A DNA stretch of 64,000 bases from a candidate division WOR-3 bacterium (GTDB lineage Bacteria; Hydrothermota; Tepidihabitantia; Tepidihabitantales; Tepidihabitantaceae), in contig CBFGKH010000001.1 in the NCBI GenBank assembly GCA_965649295.1, positions 32,001 through 96,000 on the forward strand, written 5' to 3'. The first letter of the stretch is position 1. Each line of letters opens with the position of its first letter. The notes under the pieces are model-generated. The model saw only the letters and a list, made by a program, of their open reading frames with translations, had not been told where the DNA came from and ran no database searches. A program made the position numbers and the translations under genes. Positions 60,624 to 64,000 of this stretch are shown piece by piece.

Positions 60624-62639
60624 CTAGACCTCCTTGCCAACTGGCTCTACGCTGTCATTGCCCGACCAAGCACCCAACAGCGCGTCAAGCTGCGCATCAA
60701 TCTGCCGGTTCGTGAAATGCCGCATGGTAATTGCACCAGAGGGACAGGCCGATGGGCAAACCCCACAGCCTTTACAGAGGATCTGGTTCACTGTCATCAC
60801 TCCCTGCTGCGCATCATAGCTCAAGGCTGAATATGGACAGAGCGCTTCGCAAATGTGACAGGCCGAGCAGGCCTCAGCGCTAATCTCTGCCACGACCGGT
60901 TCAATCTTCACCTTGCCCTTATTGAGTAGGGCAATTGCCGACGAGGCCGCCGCCTTGGCCTGCGCCACGGTATCAGGAATATCCTTGGGCCCCTGACAGC
61001 AGCCGGCCAAAAACACTCCCTCAATGTTCGTATCCACCGGCCGAAGCTTCGGATGCGCCTCCATGAAGAAGCGGTCAGACGAGAGCGAGAGCTTCAGCGT
61101 CTGGCCGAGTTCACGAAATCCCTCACTTGGCACTAGACCAACTCCTAACACCACCATGTCGGTCTCGTGCTCGATGACCTTGCCGAGCAGGGTATCGTCC
61201 ACCCGCACGACCAACCTTCCTTTGCGCCGGAAGATCTCGGATGGCTTGCCACGACGAAATACCACACCTTCATCACGCACCCGGTCATAGAACTCTTCAA
61301 ACCCCTTGCCGTAGGCACGGATATCCATGTAGTAGCTCGTAATCTTGCAGTCCGGCAGTTTGTCGTGCAGCAGATGAGCCTGCTTGATGATGAACATACA
61401 GCAGACCCGCGAGCAGTACTCATTGCCCACCGCCTTGTCGCGCGAACCAACGCAGTGGATGAAAACAACATCTTTGGGCTCGTCGCCATCGGACAGCTTG
61501 ACGATGCGGCCGCTGGTCGGGCCGCCGGCTGACGACAGTCGCTCAAACTCAAGACTGGTCAGTACGTCCGCATACTTGCCATAGCCAAACTCCGGCAGGG
61601 TCGTCGCATCAAACACATCCATGCCGGTTGCGAGCACGATGGCGCCAACATCAATTACCCGATCCACCGGCTGTTGATCGAAGTCAATGCAGTGTTTCTC
61701 GCAAGCCTGAATACACTTCCCACAGGCCAGCGGCAGCGAACCAAGACACTGTTTCTCATTGCGACAGAATGCCGCCGGTACCGCCTGAGCAAACGGCTGG
61801 TAGATGGCTGTCCTGGTCGAAAGACCGAGATTGAACTCATCCGGAAACCGCTGCGGACAAACCTTAGCACAGTCACCACAGGCAGTGCACTGGCTGGCAT
61901 CCACAAACCGCGGCTGCTGATGGACAGTCACCTTGAAGTTACCAACAAATCCGGCAACATTCTTGACGGTCGCCAGCGTTAGTAGCTCAATATTTGGATG
62001 GCGCGCCGCGTCAACCATCTTTGGCGTCAGGATGCAGGCCGAGCAGTCAAGCGTCGGGAACGTCTTGTCGAGCTGGGCCATATGGCCGCCAATTGATGGC
62101 TCCTTCTCGACGAGATAGACTTTGTACCCAGCCTCGGCGATATCAAGCGCCGCCTGAATCCCGGCCACACCGCCGCCAACAACCATCACCGCTTTGGTCA
62201 CATCGGCGAACCGGTCTTCGAGCGGCTCCAGCAGCGCGGCCCGGGCCACTGCCGCCCGCACCAAGTCCTTTGCCTTGGCCGTGCCTTCGGCTTTGTCCGG
62301 GTGGACCCACGAGCACTGCTCGCGAATGTTGCACATCTCGAACAGGTAAGGATTGACGCCGACGCCAAAGACAGCACCCCGAAATGTCGGCTCGTGCATT
62401 CGCGGCGAGCAGGCTGCTACCACTACCCGTGTCAACCCTAACTCCTTGATGTCCTTCTTGATTAGGTCCTGGCCCGGGTCCGAACACATGTAGAGGTAGT
62501 TGCGGGCAACTGTCACATTCGGCAGCGTCTTGGCATACGCGACAACCGCTTCAACATCAACGGTGGCAGCGATGTTAACACCGCAATGACAGACATAGAC
62601 ACCGATTCTGGCCGGCGACTGCTTGGACTTGGCTATCAC
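60624..62639 (-). CDS. hdrA: Heterodisulfide reductase subunit A-like flavoprotein
   Basis: CHCG.NI, GGGVAG, KTFPTLDCSAC, ferredoxin motifs, CVGSRD, CSRVCC, GPKDIP. Confidence 0.95.
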   Translation of the reverse strand: MIAKSKQSPARIGVYVCHCGVNIAATVDVEAVVAYAKTLPNVTVARNYLYMCSDPGQDLIKKDIKELGLTRVVVAACSPRMHEPTFRGAVFGVGVNPYLFEMCNIREQCSWVHPDKAEGTAKAKDLVRAAVARAALLEPLEDRFADVTKAVMVVGGGVAGIQAALDIAEAGYKVYLVEKEPSIGGHMAQLDKTFPTLDCSACILTPKMVDAARHPNIELLTLATVKNVAGFVGNFKVTVHQQPRFVDASQCTACGDCAKVCPQRFPDEFNLGLSTRTAIYQPFAQAVPAAFCRNEKQCLGSLPLACGKCIQACEKHCIDFDQQPVDRVIDVGAIVLATGMDVFDATTLPEFGYGKYADVLTSLEFERLSSAGGPTSGRIVKLSDGDEPKDVVFIHCVGSRDKAVGNEYCSRVCCMFIIKQAHLLHDKLPDCKITSYYMDIRAYGKGFEEFYDRVRDEGVVFRRGKPSEIFRRKGRLVVRVDDTLLGKVIEHETDMVVLGVGLVPSEGFRELGQTLKLSLSSDRFFMEAHPKLRPVDTNIEGVFLAGCCQGPKDIPDTVAQAKAAASSAIALLNKGKVKIEPVVAEISAEACSACHICEALCPYSALSYDAQQGVMTVNQILCKGCGVCPSACPSGAITMRHFTNRQIDAQLDALLGAWSGNDSVEPVGKEV

Positions 62640-63607
62640 GACTTCATCTCCGCCAGTTTGGCCCGCAAAGCAGGCACCACCTTGTGTAGATCATCAACGA
62701 TTCCGTAGTGGGCGACGGCGAAGATCGGGGCGTTCGGGTCCTTGTTCACGGCAATGATTGTATCAGCACCCTTCATGCCAGCTATGTGCTGAAAGGCACC
62801 GGATATCCCCAGCGCGATATAGACCTTGGGCTTGATTGTCTTACCTGAAGAGCCCACTTGCACCTCCTTCGGCAACCAGCCAGCGTCAACCACCGGTCGT
62901 GACGCTGCCAGAACCGCACCAATCTCAGCCGCGAACTCTTTGACCAGTGGCAGGTTCTTTTCTTCCTTGATACCGCGACCGACCCCAACCACGACTGCCG
63001 CCTTGGTGATGTCAATCCCGGTTGTCGGAACCTCTTCGAGACTGATGAACTTCGTTCTGGCGCCAGCCAAGACGTCACCAGCGTCCCAACGCTCGATCGT
63101 TCCTGCCAGACTTGCCGGTTCCGGCTTGAACTGCGACTGGCGCACCATCACCACCGCCGGCCTGGTTTCAAGCATCCAGTCCGCAACAATCTTACCCGAG
63201 TACATACCCCGACTAACCTGAATGCCATTGCCACTCTTTGCCAGACCGATGGCATCTGAGACCAGGCCGGCGTCTAGCGCAACCGCTAGACTAGGTCCGA
63301 GATCAGTTCCGAATGCCGAGTGGGCAATCATCAGCACATCCGGCTTTCGCTCCGTACAGAGTCTCACCAGCGCCTGTTGGTATGCCTCATAGTTGAAATC
63401 CCGGAACGCCGGGCTAGCAATCGATATGACTCGATGGGCCGCAGCTGCAATTTGAGCCGCCATCGTTTCTGGTGACTCCGCCAGTAGCACGGCCTCGACA
63501 CTCGCCCCCCACTCAGCTCCAAGCTTACGGGCCGCAGCCAGCATCTCAAACGTCACATCCCGCACCACTCCTTGCCGGTGCTCAACCAGAACAAGAATGC
63601 CGCCCAT
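62636..63607 (-). CDS. etfA: Electron transfer flavoprotein alpha subunit
   Basis: GRG, ASRPVVD, QVGSSGK, GISGAFQH, NKDPNAPIF; ATG 63607 after SD GAGGAG. Confidence 0.93.
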   Translation of the reverse strand: MGGILVLVEHRQGVVRDVTFEMLAAARKLGAEWGASVEAVLLAESPETMAAQIAAAAHRVISIASPAFRDFNYEAYQQALVRLCTERKPDVLMIAHSAFGTDLGPSLAVALDAGLVSDAIGLAKSGNGIQVSRGMYSGKIVADWMLETRPAVVMVRQSQFKPEPASLAGTIERWDAGDVLAGARTKFISLEEVPTTGIDITKAAVVVGVGRGIKEEKNLPLVKEFAAEIGAVLAASRPVVDAGWLPKEVQVGSSGKTIKPKVYIALGISGAFQHIAGMKGADTIIAVNKDPNAPIFAVAHYGIVDDLHKVVPALRAKLAEMKS

Positions 63608-63653
63608 CACCAACTCCTCTCACGTTGCTCGGCATCCATCGTTCGCTCCGCCA

Positions 63654-64000
63654 TCATACTGCCCCCTTCTCCTTCAACAGGAGGGCCAGCTTCTGCGCCT
63701 TCTCGTCAACTGTGCCCTCAATCATCTCAGCCGCTGCTGTTACCGGCGGAACATAGAGCTTGATCAGTTGCGTCTGCGCCACAACCGCTGCCGGTTTCTT
63801 GATGTCAATCGTCTTGGCACCAGCCCGCTTGATTCCCATAATCGAAGCGTAGCGAGGTGAATTGCCGCCGGTCTGAATTGTCACTACTGCCGGCAGGCCA
63901 AGCTCCTTAACCTCCAGCATCCCACCTTCGAGTTCACGTTTGACCGTCAGCTTGTCTGTCGCAAACTCCAACCTTGTCACATACGCAGCGTGTGGCCAAC
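63654..64000 (-). CDS. etfB: Electron transfer flavoprotein beta subunit, C-terminal part
   Basis: RELEGG, LPAVVT, PRYAS; directly upstream of etfA. Confidence 0.88.
   Translation of the reverse strand, partial: WPHAAYVTRLEFATDKLTVKRELEGGMLEVKELGLPAVVTIQTGGNSPRYASIMGIKRAGAKTIDIKKPAAVVAQTQLIKLYVPPVTAAAEMIEGTVDEKAQKLALLLKEKGAV

Noticed and set aside
60192..62639. Selenocysteine recoding in hdrA/mvhD
   Set aside because: Both ORFs are uninterrupted with Cys at the relevant motifs.

Overview
GC-rich bacterial chromosomal window, densely coding (~45 CDS), with no rRNA, tRNA, CRISPR, phage or transposase genes recognised. Gene content suggests a diderm anaerobe of the FCB-associated candidate phyla (WOR-3-like; an inference from the T9SS-type C-terminal domains, PorV-like barrels, a gingipain C25 protease, hyp genes and etf-hdrA-mvhD). 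It carries housekeeping genes (recJ-like, clpC, bamA, folE2, lgt, fabH, nadC, obgE, coaD, rsmD), competence-type genes (comEC, comF, dprA, radC, an HhH outer-membrane protein), several large secreted proteins, and an 8-gene PorV-like/TPR/ExbB-ExbD-ExbD-TonB operon. The most unusual signal is non-coding. The two long intergenic regions (31464-31828, minus; 48812-49181, plus) are two divergent copies of one element: about 23 highly degenerate 12-bp units with purines held at positions 2-3, followed by a cassette of exactly conserved spacing (GGGAGG-N18-GCTATCAGATTGTA-N10-TTAG-N13-GGTTCGGYTCTGCACC-N8-GGTGCA). The window also shows very regular TTGAC/TANNNT promoters, mostly with 16-bp spacers, many predicting leaderless mRNAs. 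Counts and coordinates were done by hand.
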